From Escherichia phage EP335: a stretch of 64,000 nucleotides of DNA. How positions within the stretch are numbered: position 1 is the first letter of the stretch; each line of letters starts with the position of its first letter. Location of the stretch: the sequence record MG748548; one strand, given 5' to 3'. Shown here piece after piece: positions 19,729 through 30,782 of the stretch. The notes beneath the pieces are model-generated. The model was not told the origin of the DNA. It did no database searches and saw only the letters and a list, made by a program, of their open reading frames with translations. Position numbers and translations under genes: made by a program.

Positions 19729-20739
19729 ATGGGTGCTGGAGGTTTTCGTAAGAATACTGGACGTAACAACACCACACTTCCCTACAACGTTGGGTTTCTC
19801 AACAGGGTAGAGGATACAGAAACGTATAACACTGCTGTCTATGATGAATTACAGAAAGTCAGTACAGCGACTAACCAAATGTTCCAAGCAATCGACGAGA
19901 TTCATGATGAGATTGATGTTCGTATCAAAGCTCTTAACGCAATGAATCTCCAGTTCGATGAGCTTGAGAATCGAATTACTACAGAGATTGAAACAGCTAT
20001 TGCAGACATTCAAACTCAAATGGGCAATCTATCTACGGATGATATTTGGGATAACTCAACGAATCCTCCTACTAAATTGAACGGTACGGTAGCTGGTATT
20101 AAAACTAGCATTGAAGGTAATGATTTAAAGATTCAAACTGTTCAAGGCATTGTGAATGAGCAAGGACAAGAGATTGCTTTAGTTCAAACAGAACTTACAA
20201 CTCAAGGTCAGAAGATTGTGGATGTTGATGGAAGGGTTACAACTGTACAGAACTCTCTTTCTCAATATATGAAGCTTACCGAATATGAAGCTACTTGGGG
20301 TGTGAACTCAAGTGTTAACGGTCGGTATGCAGGAGTTAAGTTAACTAACAACGGAACGAACAGTGCTTTCCAAGTAACTGCTCAGAAGTTTATTGTCGGT
20401 GATGGTAGCTCTGGTAACACCCCTTTCGTCTTTGAGAATGGTAGGGCTAGAATGGAGTTCGCTGATATAAAGAATGTCAACATCACAACTGCCATGATTG
20501 CTAATGCTCGTATCCAGTTTGCTCAGATTGATAATGTATGGATTCAAGATGGTCAGATTGCTAACCTAACAGCTAACAAGATTACTGCTGGTAGTATGTC
20601 CGGCTCTAACTGGAGACTTACAGTAGGTGGGGATTTTGTAATGGGCGGAACAGGTGGGGCACAGCTTTGGATGAATGGAAACAGAATTGATTTCTATGAT
20701 GGGAGTGGTGCTTTGAGAATTAGAATAGGGAGTTGGTGA
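19729..20739 (+). CDS. virion structural protein (putative tail/fibre-associated)
   Basis: ATG 19729 with ggagg RBS (track start 19717 is TTG); coiled-coil N-terminus. Confidence 0.45.
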   Translation: MGAGGFRKNTGRNNTTLPYNVGFLNRVEDTETYNTAVYDELQKVSTATNQMFQAIDEIHDEIDVRIKALNAMNLQFDELENRITTEIETAIADIQTQMGNLSTDDIWDNSTNPPTKLNGTVAGIKTSIEGNDLKIQTVQGIVNEQGQEIALVQTELTTQGQKIVDVDGRVTTVQNSLSQYMKLTEYEATWGVNSSVNGRYAGVKLTNNGTNSAFQVTAQKFIVGDGSSGNTPFVFENGRARMEFADIKNVNITTAMIANARIQFAQIDNVWIQDGQIANLTANKITAGSMSGSNWRLTVGGDFVMGGTGGAQLWMNGNRIDFYDGSGALRIRIGSW

Positions 20740-20740
20740 T

Positions 20741-21772
20741 ATGGCATATGGAATTTGGGCACAACCTGTAGGGCCGGGGCCAGCTGCCCCTGCTCCTCTC
20801 TTTATAGATAGCGGGAGTACTTTCCCTCAGATAAAGAATACCATAAGTGGTAGTTTCAACTTTAACGGCGGTGGGAGATCTTTCCCTATTAGTGGGTGGG
20901 ATGGTTCAGGTCAGATTGTTATTGTCCCAACAGGATCTCTTTGTTGGCAATGGGAAGTCCCACCTAACCTAGTACCAGATGTTTATTGTGTAAACAATAT
21001 CTACGTAGAGAACACCACATCATTTCGTGTCAACCTTAACCAGAACCCCGGAAGCAACCCTCTTTTCGATTGTGGTTTTAACGTTTACCAAATCTGGCCC
21101 AGAGCTGATAGGAACTACGGTATAACCTTTTCTAACACAGCGGATTACTTCTCTATCTCTGATGCTGGAGTTGTTGGTCAGTGTGTTTGGGCTTGGCAAG
21201 GAACAATAAACAATGCTTTACAAATTCCAGATATCGGTGGATTCTACATGCCTAACGCTGTGGTTTTTGCTAACTGGTCTGATGGTGGTTTAGGTCTATC
21301 TTACACTTCTGGTGACAGGGTTATACGTGTTTATCAAAACCGTCCATATATTAATGGAAACACTAACGAAGGTGGTTCTGTCTTTGCTAGGGTTGCTGTG
21401 TTTTGTAATGGTGCTGGAGTTCCTGAGCACAATGGTGGTTTGAATATTTACTCACCGGGAACTGCACAGTGTGTATTCTCGACAAATAGGACACCTTTTA
21501 CCATCGACAATTTTATAGGCTCTGGTGGGGGTAACACTGGAATGGCTTACCCTATGATACCTCTTTCCTCTGGTATTGGGGCTATAAAGGGTCAAGGAAG
21601 TGGTTGGAGATATCAGCAGATGAGATCTCATACAATGTCCGGTTCTAGTGTAGGAACGGGTTATGGGAGATATCTTTTCCAGTGGGATCAGAATTATGAT
21701 TTAGGGTCTGATACTGTGGTCAATTTATCTATACCTGTAATTAATGCAGCTAAAGTTTTTGCTGGTTTATAA
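20741..21772 (+). CDS. virion structural protein (putative)
   Basis: ORF track 343 aa; start overlaps upstream stop. Confidence 0.45.
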   Translation: MAYGIWAQPVGPGPAAPAPLFIDSGSTFPQIKNTISGSFNFNGGGRSFPISGWDGSGQIVIVPTGSLCWQWEVPPNLVPDVYCVNNIYVENTTSFRVNLNQNPGSNPLFDCGFNVYQIWPRADRNYGITFSNTADYFSISDAGVVGQCVWAWQGTINNALQIPDIGGFYMPNAVVFANWSDGGLGLSYTSGDRVIRVYQNRPYINGNTNEGGSVFARVAVFCNGAGVPEHNGGLNIYSPGTAQCVFSTNRTPFTIDNFIGSGGGNTGMAYPMIPLSSGIGAIKGQGSGWRYQQMRSHTMSGSSVGTGYGRYLFQWDQNYDLGSDTVVNLSIPVINAAKVFAGL

Positions 21773-21784
21773 CAAGGAGAGATT

Positions 21785-22579
21785 ATGGATAGGATTTTAG
21801 GAGTTTCAGAACTAGACCCACTGGTTCAACAAGCTGCTAAGAAGTATGGTATTCCTGCTGCTCTTGTTCATGCGGTCATTCAGAGGGAATCTAGTGGTAA
21901 GCCCTCTGCCGCTTCAGGAACAGGGCCAGTAGGGCTAATGCAGATTAGTAAAAGTTTGGCTAAAGATTATGGTTACAAACTAGAAGACCGTCTAGACCCA
22001 GCTAAGAATATTGACATGGGTGCTAGATATATCAAGGACAACTTAAAAGCATTTAATGGTGATGTAAGAAAGGCAATGGTAGGTTATTCAGAAGGGACTG
22101 GTGGTGCTAAGCAAATGTTTGCTGGTAAGAAAGGGTTCACCCCTCAAGCACTAGACTCCATGAACAACAAACACTTCCTCCCTTTCTTCAACCCTAATGA
22201 TGCAGCAAGACAGACAGCAAACCCTGTAGGAGCTTTACAGGAGGCTCAAGTTGTAGATCAATACAATCCATCAACACTAACTCGTGAGGGTGCTGCAAAC
22301 GCTCCTACACAGGCTGAGGTGATGGCTAGTAAGACAGGCGCTCTTGGTGGGAAACCTGCCGAGTTCTACGCTGAAGAAGTACAAGGTCAAGATCAACAAA
22401 GACCTCAGAACTTTGGGAATGCTGCACTTGCTGCTGCTGCAATGTTGGCTGGTAAAGTTCCTAACTCACAGACTGTTCAAAGAGCACATGCACCTACTGG
22501 AGCTTCCTCTAATTACAGTTCTCAAACTCAAGCGGTGCTCAGACGTTTAGCAAGCATCGGTACAGACATTTACAGGTAA
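21785..22579 (+). CDS. lytic transglycosylase (SLT domain) virion protein
   Basis: SLT motif AVIQRESSGKPSAASGTGPVGLMQIS; aaggagag RBS. Confidence 0.7.
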   Translation: MDRILGVSELDPLVQQAAKKYGIPAALVHAVIQRESSGKPSAASGTGPVGLMQISKSLAKDYGYKLEDRLDPAKNIDMGARYIKDNLKAFNGDVRKAMVGYSEGTGGAKQMFAGKKGFTPQALDSMNNKHFLPFFNPNDAARQTANPVGALQEAQVVDQYNPSTLTREGAANAPTQAEVMASKTGALGGKPAEFYAEEVQGQDQQRPQNFGNAALAAAAMLAGKVPNSQTVQRAHAPTGASSNYSSQTQAVLRRLASIGTDIYR

Positions 22580-22588
22580 GGAGGTTCT

Positions 22589-23635
22589 ATGTCTCTCTTC
22601 GGTTCTTCGGCTAAATCTAAAGTTACAGTATCGCCTTCTTCTCAAGTGGATGCTCTGTTACGTCAGATTGTTTCCAACGCTCAAGGAATGAATAAAGGTC
22701 AATTTGTTGGTCGTGAAATGGCAGGATTCAATCAGAATCAAAGTGCTGCTCTCTCAGGTTTGGCTAACTCTGATGTACAGAAACAATTGGCTGCTCTTTA
22801 TACGCCTCGTACTCAGCAAGGCTTAGACCAGATGAATACTCTGGCCCAGCGATATCAGAGTATGGCAAACGGTGGTGGTGTTACTGGTCAAGCTGTTAAT
22901 GATTATAGCAAATCCCTGAATAACTCGGCTCTTGCACAAGCCACAGGTAAAGCAGCTTCTAATGTATCTCTTGGCAATGGCTCTGATTCTGGTTCACTCC
23001 GTCGTGCTAGTGCTCAAGGTGCTGCTCTGGCTAGTGCAAACACTAACCTCTCTCGTAGTATAGATGGTAAGAACATGGGGATTAATAACCTCCAGAACAA
23101 TGAAGCTTTCCAACGTGGTATCCTAGGTGCTCAGACAGGTCTGGCTGGTCAGAATCTTAACTTGGGTGCACAAGGTGTTCAGGCTACTCAGCAAGCCATT
23201 CAGAATCAGCTCTTGGCTGGTAATCTGCAACAGCAGCAAGATCAGACTCAGGCTAACCTTAATTGGGAGAATGCTATTGGTAATCAACAGTTCGGTTGGA
23301 ATCAACTCAACAACCAGCTTAATGTACTTAACTCAGTAAGTCCTATGGCTGGGTACACAATCAAGAATGCACAACCCGGTGTTAGTCAAGGGCAGCAACT
23401 GCTTGGTGCAGGTATGACTGGACTAGGTATTGCAGGTCGCTTAGGTGCTTTCACTCCTAATGCTCAGACTCAGAATGCTTGGAACTCTTACAACGCTTCT
23501 GGTGGACAATCCGGTATGGCTGGTCCTATGATTGGTGGGTCTAACCTTTCTAATCAACAGAGTCAAAACAACTGGCTATCTACCGCAGGTAATAATATTT
23601 TAGGTGGTGTTCTTGGAGCATTCGGGGCTAACTAA
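22589..23635 (+). CDS. Q/N-rich virion protein with Gly-rich hydrophobic C-terminus (putative internal/ejection protein)
   Basis: 348 aa; aaggagg RBS; paralog of next gene (shared N-terminal M.LFG...GFN.NQ..AL). Confidence 0.5.
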   Translation: MSLFGSSAKSKVTVSPSSQVDALLRQIVSNAQGMNKGQFVGREMAGFNQNQSAALSGLANSDVQKQLAALYTPRTQQGLDQMNTLAQRYQSMANGGGVTGQAVNDYSKSLNNSALAQATGKAASNVSLGNGSDSGSLRRASAQGAALASANTNLSRSIDGKNMGINNLQNNEAFQRGILGAQTGLAGQNLNLGAQGVQATQQAIQNQLLAGNLQQQQDQTQANLNWENAIGNQQFGWNQLNNQLNVLNSVSPMAGYTIKNAQPGVSQGQQLLGAGMTGLGIAGRLGAFTPNAQTQNAWNSYNASGGQSGMAGPMIGGSNLSNQQSQNNWLSTAGNNILGGVLGAFGAN

Positions 23636-23647
23636 GGAGAAAACTTT

Positions 23648-24616
23648 ATGGCTTTATTCGGTGGTGGGGGTGGTTCTACTACCTCCAAAATGACAAGACC
23701 TGACTATATTCAGAGTTACATTGATCAATTAGTTAATCAAGTAAACAACACAAGTTCAGGCGATTATGTTTATCGAGAGAATGTAGGGTTTAATAATAAC
23801 CAGAACCAAGCTCTTAACGATCTTGCTCAATCTGGTGCCCTAGGTGCTCTCTCTTCTCAATATATGGATGCAGCTGGTCAAGGGTTAGGTTATATGGATA
23901 ATGCCTACCAAGGCTTTAATAACCTCTCCGGACAGGGGCCTATCTCAGCAGAACAGATTGGTGCTCTTGCTGGTGAACTCTACGACGATTCTGCTGTACA
24001 AGCAGCTATTACTGCTAACAACGAACAAACTCAACAGAGTCTGGCACGTAATGCTCTTCCTCAACTGGCTCAGCAATATGCTGGTCAACAAGGTTCTGGT
24101 GCTCGTATGGCTAAATCTTTTGCTCAGGGTGATGCTCTGAATCAGATGCAGAATACAGCAACCAACATTACTAACAGTGCTTATGACTCTGCTTTAGGAC
24201 AAGCTCAGAACATCCTCTCTGGAAACAGACAGAACCAAGCAGCTGCTCTTAGTGGACTCTCTAACATTGGTGGTAACTTGGCAGGCCTTGGTCAGCAAGG
24301 TGCTCAGTTGTCACAACAGCAATTAACTAATCAATGGGGTGCTGGTTTGCAGCAACAGCAACAGCAACAAGCCGGTTTGGATAATGCTTATCAGAATGCT
24401 CAGAACGCAGCTAATTGGGGATGGCAAGATATTAATAATCAACTAGGTGCAGCAGGCGTCCTTAATGGTGCTCTCGGAACGACTACAACTACTAAAACAA
24501 CTGGTGGCGGCGGTGGTTTCCTTGGTGGGGCAGCAAGTGGTGCAGCAGCTGGTTCAGCGTTTGGACCTTGGGGTGCATTAGCTGGTGGTGTTATTGGTGG
24601 CTTATCCTCTACCTAA
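23648..24616 (+). CDS. Q/N-rich virion protein paralog with glycine-zipper-like C-terminus
   Basis: 322 aa; aaggag RBS; C-terminus GGGGGFLGGAASGAAAGSAFGPWGALAGGVIGG. Confidence 0.5.
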   Translation: MALFGGGGGSTTSKMTRPDYIQSYIDQLVNQVNNTSSGDYVYRENVGFNNNQNQALNDLAQSGALGALSSQYMDAAGQGLGYMDNAYQGFNNLSGQGPISAEQIGALAGELYDDSAVQAAITANNEQTQQSLARNALPQLAQQYAGQQGSGARMAKSFAQGDALNQMQNTATNITNSAYDSALGQAQNILSGNRQNQAAALSGLSNIGGNLAGLGQQGAQLSQQQLTNQWGAGLQQQQQQQAGLDNAYQNAQNAANWGWQDINNQLGAAGVLNGALGTTTTTKTTGGGGGFLGGAASGAAAGSAFGPWGALAGGVIGGLSST

Positions 24617-24630
24617 CTAGGAGATTAATT

Positions 24631-26295
24631 ATGCAACAAACTTCATATGCGTACCTCCGTAGTCGAGACCCACGCAATCAGATTTATGGTGTAAGTCAGG
24701 GAGGGGCACAAGCCTCTCCTTATGTTCCTCGTCCTGCTTACCCACAAGCAGATATGTCTGTTTATACCCGTCCTAATATGGCTCCTGCTGGATTAGCTGG
24801 ATTGGTTTCTCAGGCTAATGAAGATCAAGAAGCAATGCTTGGTCCAAACAAACAAGTTGTTCAGGGTGCTAATATCCAACCTGATATTCCTAACGAAACT
24901 CCTGTAGCAGCCTCTCAGTCAGCTTCTCCGTTTGCTAACGATGAAAGCATGGTTGCTGCTGGCCTTTCTCCAGAAACTGCTTCTCAAGAGTTCTCAGACC
25001 CTCTACCGGTAAGTGTTCCTCCTAAACCGTTGGAACCTACTGATACAGAGTTTACTCAAGACCAAGTTAAACAGGCACAACAGGTTATGTCAACCCTTTC
25101 TTCCGGCTTACCTGAAGCTGAAGGTATGGCAGGTGCTTCTCGTAGCGCTGATCAAGAACGTGTTAACAAGGATTTAATGGAAGTGGCTAAGGCTAAGAAC
25201 CCGATGGAAGAGTGGGGTAAGTTACAGAAACAACCTTTCTATCAGAACTCTAGCTTCTATACAGGTTTGATGGGTGTAGGTCTTTCTATTATGTCAGGTA
25301 AGTCTCCTATTGAAGCTTTCCAGATTGGTTCTGGTATGGCTGCACAGGATGAGACTAAGAACCAACTTGAAGCTAACCGCGAATCTCTTATTGAACAGGG
25401 TTACTCTCCAGACTCAGTTGCTGCTGCAATTGCTACTGGTGACCCTTCTGCTCTGAAGATGCGTCAGATTAGTCCTCAAGAGAAACTTGCTTTGTCTGCT
25501 ATCGAAGATGAGAGAGCTAACCGTGAATGGGACAGACGCCAACAGGTTAGTGAGCAGTCTATGAGTCGTAGGATGGATGCAACTCGCCAAGCTGCTGAAC
25601 AACGTGCACAAGAACAGTTTGCTCGTCAGAAAGAGTTGATTGGGTATCGTGATCAAGTGAAAGCTGATCGTGCTGAACAAGCTGCTAAGAGTTTTAATTT
25701 TAACCCGAAAGAAGTTCGTCTTGCTCAGAACACAGCTGAAGGTACAGTTGCTAAGCAGTGGGCAGAGAAAGGTGGTCTGTTTAACCAGTCCCATAAAGAC
25801 TTGGACTTGGCAGATCAGGCAGTTAAAGATAAAGACTACCAGACAGCTCGTTCTGCTTACATGCAGGCTATCATGAACTCCGCAAGGGCTGAAATCGGTG
25901 CTACTCGTTCTCTGACTGAAGAAGACTTACGTCACTTTGCAGAAGACCCCTCAATCTTTGTTAAGGTTGGTAATACTTGGTCTCTGAAAGGTGGGTATCG
26001 TCCTACTGATGCTGCTCTTGCTTATGCTCGTAAGCAGGCAACCGTTGGTGCTACTTCAGCAATGAAGGGTGTTAAGGATGCTAAGAAAGCAACCATTGAA
26101 GCTTACGTTGGTTCTGGTATGGATAAGAAACGTGCTACTGCACTTGTTAACCGTGCGATACCTTCTGGTGGTTTCTATGACCCGTTAGGTACTTTTGAAT
26201 CACAGGCTGAGGAAGAGGTTGGTGGTGCTGCTACTAATCCACGCCTGAATGGTGCTCTTTCAGCTTCTGAAGATACTAGCTGGTTCACTCAATAA
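24631..26295 (+). CDS. virion protein (putative internal protein)
   Basis: ATG 24631 preceded by taggag; track ORF begins further upstream in overlap with previous gene. Confidence 0.45.
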   Translation: MQQTSYAYLRSRDPRNQIYGVSQGGAQASPYVPRPAYPQADMSVYTRPNMAPAGLAGLVSQANEDQEAMLGPNKQVVQGANIQPDIPNETPVAASQSASPFANDESMVAAGLSPETASQEFSDPLPVSVPPKPLEPTDTEFTQDQVKQAQQVMSTLSSGLPEAEGMAGASRSADQERVNKDLMEVAKAKNPMEEWGKLQKQPFYQNSSFYTGLMGVGLSIMSGKSPIEAFQIGSGMAAQDETKNQLEANRESLIEQGYSPDSVAAAIATGDPSALKMRQISPQEKLALSAIEDERANREWDRRQQVSEQSMSRRMDATRQAAEQRAQEQFARQKELIGYRDQVKADRAEQAAKSFNFNPKEVRLAQNTAEGTVAKQWAEKGGLFNQSHKDLDLADQAVKDKDYQTARSAYMQAIMNSARAEIGATRSLTEEDLRHFAEDPSIFVKVGNTWSLKGGYRPTDAALAYARKQATVGATSAMKGVKDAKKATIEAYVGSGMDKKRATALVNRAIPSGGFYDPLGTFESQAEEEVGGAATNPRLNGALSASEDTSWFTQ

Positions 26296-26302
26296 GACCT
26301 AA

Positions 26303-26318
26303 GTCCTGCCTTCTATAA
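26303..26318 (+). promoter_or_regulatory. promoter-like motif CTATAATGTATATAGG
   Basis: TATAAT hexamer inside TAATGTATATA motif about 45 nt upstream of ATG 26361. Confidence 0.35.
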
Positions 26319-26360
26319 TGTATATAGGGGGTAGGACATTTTTATTTATAAGGAGACGTT

Positions 26361-29300
26361 ATGGCTAACATTAAATCTTGGGAAGAAGCATCGAAAAGCC
26401 CCAAGTATATGAACGCAACTCCTGAGCAACAAGCTCAGTTGAGAGAGCAATACAAAGCGGCAGGTGGTACAATCCCTGAAGATAAGCCAGTACAACCACA
26501 ACAAGAAGAGCGTGGCTTAGTTGGTGAGTTCGCTCAGGGCGTATCTAATGCTATCGAATCTGGTGGAGCTAATATTGCAGCTAGTACCGCTCGTGGTTTA
26601 GGTGGTCTGGTTGAAATGGGTGAGAACGTTCTCGGTTCCCAAACAAGTTATGGTAAAAGAATTCAAGATAACGCAAAACAAGTATTAGAAAAGCGTATGG
26701 CTGGTATCGAGGATGGCTTTGGTAAGACTGCTGGGCAGTATGCTGGAGTGGCTGCTGATATTGGTTTGACGGTTGCTAACCCAGCTTTGGCTGCTGGTGT
26801 TATTGCGGGACGTGAAGCAGGTCGAGCTTATGCAGACCAGACCCCAGAAGAGGGAGAAGACAAGTCAGTGTTAGATGCTGCTCTTGTTGGTGGTGCTAAC
26901 TTTGCAGCTCAGAAGATTCTTCCGGGTTTTACAGGAACAGCTGAATCTACTTTAGGTCGTATTGGTCAGAGTGCTGCTTCTAACGCCGTGGCTGGCGCTA
27001 AGGGTGGTGCTCTCGTAGGTGCTGCTGAAGCTCAGAATAAGTATGGTGATGACACTACACTTGCCAATGTACTAGAAGGTGCAATTGATGAAGGTGTTGC
27101 TGGTGCTGCTTATGGTGGAGCTATCGGTGGTGTTCATGGTGCAATTAGTCGCCCTAGTCCTCAAGTGTTTGATAAGACTCCTGAGAATGTTAAGACTGAT
27201 ATCTCCGCTGAAGATGAAGCAATTCGTAGTGCGAAGAATGCTGATGAACTCCGTGAAGCTTACTCTCAAGCCGATACTGCTAACACAGCTTCCGCTCTTA
27301 ACCTGCTAGACCAGAACGATTTCCGTATTACAGATGCTGTGGCTATGGATTCTCCTGCTGCCCAACGTATCCTTAATACTGACCAGACTCGTGCTGAGAA
27401 AGCTGCTTCCTCTCTTACAGAGCGTTCTAATATTCCGGGTCTTAATCCTCTTGTTTCTCCAAGTAAGGTCAAGGGTAAAGCTTTTGCGGATAACGAACAT
27501 AACCAGAAGCAAGCCGTAGCAATGAAAGATGCAATGGCTGACTACACTAAAGACAACACCAAGGCTCTTAATGATGTTCTTGATAACCTAGACCGAGAGT
27601 TGAACGACCTTCGTGTTCGTGGTGACTTTACTGGTAGTGCTATTGACATTAAGAATCAGACTCGTAACGATCGTGATTTCATTGATGCTTACAAGAACTT
27701 CTATACTGAAGCAAACAGATTCAAAGCTCGTGATGGCGAAGACTTTAATAACTTTGTAGAGAAAGCTACTGAACTACAGAAACTTGCTGACAATGTTTCT
27801 CCAGAGATGAAGCAAGCTATTGGCGGTTTGAAGAAACTCAAAGGTATGCCTGAAGGTTTCAACCCTATCCAAGATGCCTTTACTCTGAACAACACAGCTA
27901 AACTAATGAGTAATCAAGACCGTGGTTGGACGACACTGACAGATGATGGTTTCCGTGAAGCCTCTTCTCCAAGCTTTGTTATGAACACCCTAGGTGCTGC
28001 TAAGTATGCTCTGAACCGCTTCTCTTCAGAGAGGGCTAGATCTCAACGTGCTCGACAGCAGGACTCAAACAGTGAAGCAATTCGCTCTTTGGCTCGTGGT
28101 GATTTAGAGGTTGCTCGTGCTCGAAGAGCAGCAGCAAAAGCACGCGAAGAAATGGAAGCCGAACCGGTTGTTGATGACGTCCAATTTAAGACGCAAGCTG
28201 ATGACCAAAATCAGGCTGGTTCTGAACCTTCTTCTCCAGCTACTGTGACGGAAGATTTCTCTCCTTCTCCAGCTCCTTTAACTGCTCGTGATTTGGTTGC
28301 TCAAAGACGTGCCATCCGACAGGCGGAACAACGCCGTGCAGAGGAAGAAGCGCAAGCTGCTCAGAATGCTCCAGTTGAACCAGAAGCTCCAGCAGAAACT
28401 TTACCTACGCGTAACCCTCTTGAGGAACGTAGAGTGCAAGAAGCTGAGATGGAACAACAGCGTGCAGCAGAAGAGGCTGCTAAAGCTCCTGAGACGCCCG
28501 TAGAAGAGTCTACAGCTAAAGCTGAGCCATTACCTGCTCGTGCTCCTAAAGCTCCTAAGGAAGCTGCTCCTGAGGTTAAACCGGCTACTGGTGTAGAACG
28601 TCTTGCTGCTATGTCAACAGCTGCTCGTCAGGCTACTAAAAACCGTGCTGAACGTTTTGCTCGTTCTCTGTATACTGCTGGTGCTAAAGCTAAAGCTACT
28701 GCGGAAAACTTCTTGGCTTACAAAGGGGACCCGAAAGAGTTAATGCGTCGTATCCGTCAGGAAGACCAAGCGAACAATGCTGCTCGTCATGAAGAGATGG
28801 CTCGCAACCAATTAACTTCTCAGCAAGGTATTGCAGCTGCTAAGTCTAACCGAGTTCGTTCTGCATTCTCCGATTGGGTTAAAGAACGTGGACTACCTTC
28901 TGAAATCGCCTCTAAAGCCCTGCGTGCTGAAGAACGTGGATTGGATGGTAACGTGTCAAGTCTAGACTCTCTGAAGCGTAGAGCTGAGCGTATGTATCAG
29001 AAAGAACGTGATGATGAGTTTGATAGAATGTATCGTGAAGCTCTGGAAGAAAACAAAGCTTTCGATAAGAACGATGCACCTAAGCTGAAAGACCAGAAGG
29101 CTGAGTTCCAGTCAGAGATTGATTCTCTGCTTGAGAGCGAACCTCTTCGTCCTGCTCAGAAAGATGCAATGCGTAAGATGATGAGTGATTTTGTTGATGG
29201 GAAGTTTAAAGCGGCTGAGAAAGCTGGAAGGGAAGAAGCTTTAGAGGTTGGTCAAATGAAGGATTTGTGGGATGGGTTTATTAATACCTACAATCGTGAA

Positions 29301-30782
29301 GTTGGCATGTTCAATAAAGCTAACAAGAACTCTCAGTATGAAGCAGCAGCTAAACATCTACAGGCTCGTGAAGAACGTCTTACCTCTTTACGTAACAGAG
29401 CAGAAGCTCGTGCTCAAGCGAAAGCTACAGCAGAAGCTGAACGTCAGTCACTCGAAGCGATTGCTGGTCAGAAGACTGAGATAGAGAAGATGTTTGATGA
29501 GTTACCTAAACCTGTCCGCGAGGCTCAGGAAAGTCGTACTCTGAAACAGCTTGCAGCTCACCATGATAAGAACTCCCCTGTTCCTCCAGAACGTTTCCGT
29601 AGTATTATCGAACGTATCCATAACGCAGAGTCAGACTACCTTGATCGTAAGCGTCGTCTCACTGATGCAGAGGAAGATGCTCGTGAAGCTAAGTGGAACA
29701 AGATGTATGAACAAGCAGAGGAGATGAACCGTAAGTTCGATATAGATGCTCGTGTATCCCGTGATAAGAGCCTCAAAGAAGCTCAGGAGCGACAGAATGA
29801 TCTCATGGCAGTACAACGCCAACGTGATGACATTCATAGCCGTCTGGTGCGTTCTATCGAAGATAAGGGCATCCCTAAAGCTGATGCTGAAGCATTTGCT
29901 GGTTCTTATATGGATAACCGTTATGCTCTTCTTGAAAAACCTATGACCCCTACCGAACACCAGAATGCTCGTGCACGTATTGAGTCCGATGTAGAGAAGT
30001 TTGCTAAGAAGTATGAAAGCTTGTCTCCTATTGAGAAAGACGTGGTTAAGATTACTGGTGATGTGGAAGGTAAACTGGATGGGTTGGATGCTGAGACTGT
30101 GAAGGCAGTTGAGGAAGCTAGGAAGGTTGACTCTGATATTAAGAAACTTCAGGACGAAGAGTTGGAAATGGAGAAAATCCGTTCAGCTTTACCTGATGAT
30201 GAAAAGTCTCAGGCAAATTCCGACATTCTGGAAAGCATCAAAAAGCAAGAAGATGAGTTTGCAGGGAAGGTTGAGAAGGCATTCTTGGAAGGCAAGGACT
30301 TGAAGGAACTGGCTAGTGTTGCAGAGGTTCTGGATAGGGTTCATGGTGCTGACAAGGCTGGGAACAACCGTAGATTTGTTCGTGCTCTACAGACTGCTGC
30401 TGACAACAAGAAGAAGTATGGGGATAATCCGGTAGCTTGGTTTAGTGCTGATGATTACTCTGCTATTGCTAAACTTGGTGCTGCATCAGCGGGCGGTAAC
30501 AAATCGAGAGCGTTGGAGAAGATCTTTGGTTCTACAGCAGATCAAGCTAAGGCTAAGCTTTTGGGGAGAGATGATGTAGCGAAGATGAGACGTGTGATTG
30601 AAGCGAATCCTGAAGTCAAGATTCCTTCTTACAAGACTACTACTCGTCAAGAGTATTTACAGTTCTTGGAGAAGTATAATGATGAGGGAGTGTTGAAAGT
30701 CAAACGTGGTTCTCTGTCTGACAAATTAGAAAGGAATAAGCGTCAAGCTAAACTCCGTGTTAGAGTTCGCTCGAAAGAGTAA
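26361..30782 (+). CDS. large virion protein (putative internal/DNA-ejection protein), 1473 aa
   Basis: aaggag RBS; long A/E/K/R-rich coiled-coil content; last gene of structural block. Confidence 0.5.
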   Translation: MANIKSWEEASKSPKYMNATPEQQAQLREQYKAAGGTIPEDKPVQPQQEERGLVGEFAQGVSNAIESGGANIAASTARGLGGLVEMGENVLGSQTSYGKRIQDNAKQVLEKRMAGIEDGFGKTAGQYAGVAADIGLTVANPALAAGVIAGREAGRAYADQTPEEGEDKSVLDAALVGGANFAAQKILPGFTGTAESTLGRIGQSAASNAVAGAKGGALVGAAEAQNKYGDDTTLANVLEGAIDEGVAGAAYGGAIGGVHGAISRPSPQVFDKTPENVKTDISAEDEAIRSAKNADELREAYSQADTANTASALNLLDQNDFRITDAVAMDSPAAQRILNTDQTRAEKAASSLTERSNIPGLNPLVSPSKVKGKAFADNEHNQKQAVAMKDAMADYTKDNTKALNDVLDNLDRELNDLRVRGDFTGSAIDIKNQTRNDRDFIDAYKNFYTEANRFKARDGEDFNNFVEKATELQKLADNVSPEMKQAIGGLKKLKGMPEGFNPIQDAFTLNNTAKLMSNQDRGWTTLTDDGFREASSPSFVMNTLGAAKYALNRFSSERARSQRARQQDSNSEAIRSLARGDLEVARARRAAAKAREEMEAEPVVDDVQFKTQADDQNQAGSEPSSPATVTEDFSPSPAPLTARDLVAQRRAIRQAEQRRAEEEAQAAQNAPVEPEAPAETLPTRNPLEERRVQEAEMEQQRAAEEAAKAPETPVEESTAKAEPLPARAPKAPKEAAPEVKPATGVERLAAMSTAARQATKNRAERFARSLYTAGAKAKATAENFLAYKGDPKELMRRIRQEDQANNAARHEEMARNQLTSQQGIAAAKSNRVRSAFSDWVKERGLPSEIASKALRAEERGLDGNVSSLDSLKRRAERMYQKERDDEFDRMYREALEENKAFDKNDAPKLKDQKAEFQSEIDSLLESEPLRPAQKDAMRKMMSDFVDGKFKAAEKAGREEALEVGQMKDLWDGFINTYNREVGMFNKANKNSQYEAAAKHLQAREERLTSLRNRAEARAQAKATAEAERQSLEAIAGQKTEIEKMFDELPKPVREAQESRTLKQLAAHHDKNSPVPPERFRSIIERIHNAESDYLDRKRRLTDAEEDAREAKWNKMYEQAEEMNRKFDIDARVSRDKSLKEAQERQNDLMAVQRQRDDIHSRLVRSIEDKGIPKADAEAFAGSYMDNRYALLEKPMTPTEHQNARARIESDVEKFAKKYESLSPIEKDVVKITGDVEGKLDGLDAETVKAVEEARKVDSDIKKLQDEELEMEKIRSALPDDEKSQANSDILESIKKQEDEFAGKVEKAFLEGKDLKELASVAEVLDRVHGADKAGNNRRFVRALQTAADNKKKYGDNPVAWFSADDYSAIAKLGAASAGGNKSRALEKIFGSTADQAKAKLLGRDDVAKMRRVIEANPEVKIPSYKTTTRQEYLQFLEKYNDEGVLKVKRGSLSDKLERNKRQAKLRVRVRSKE

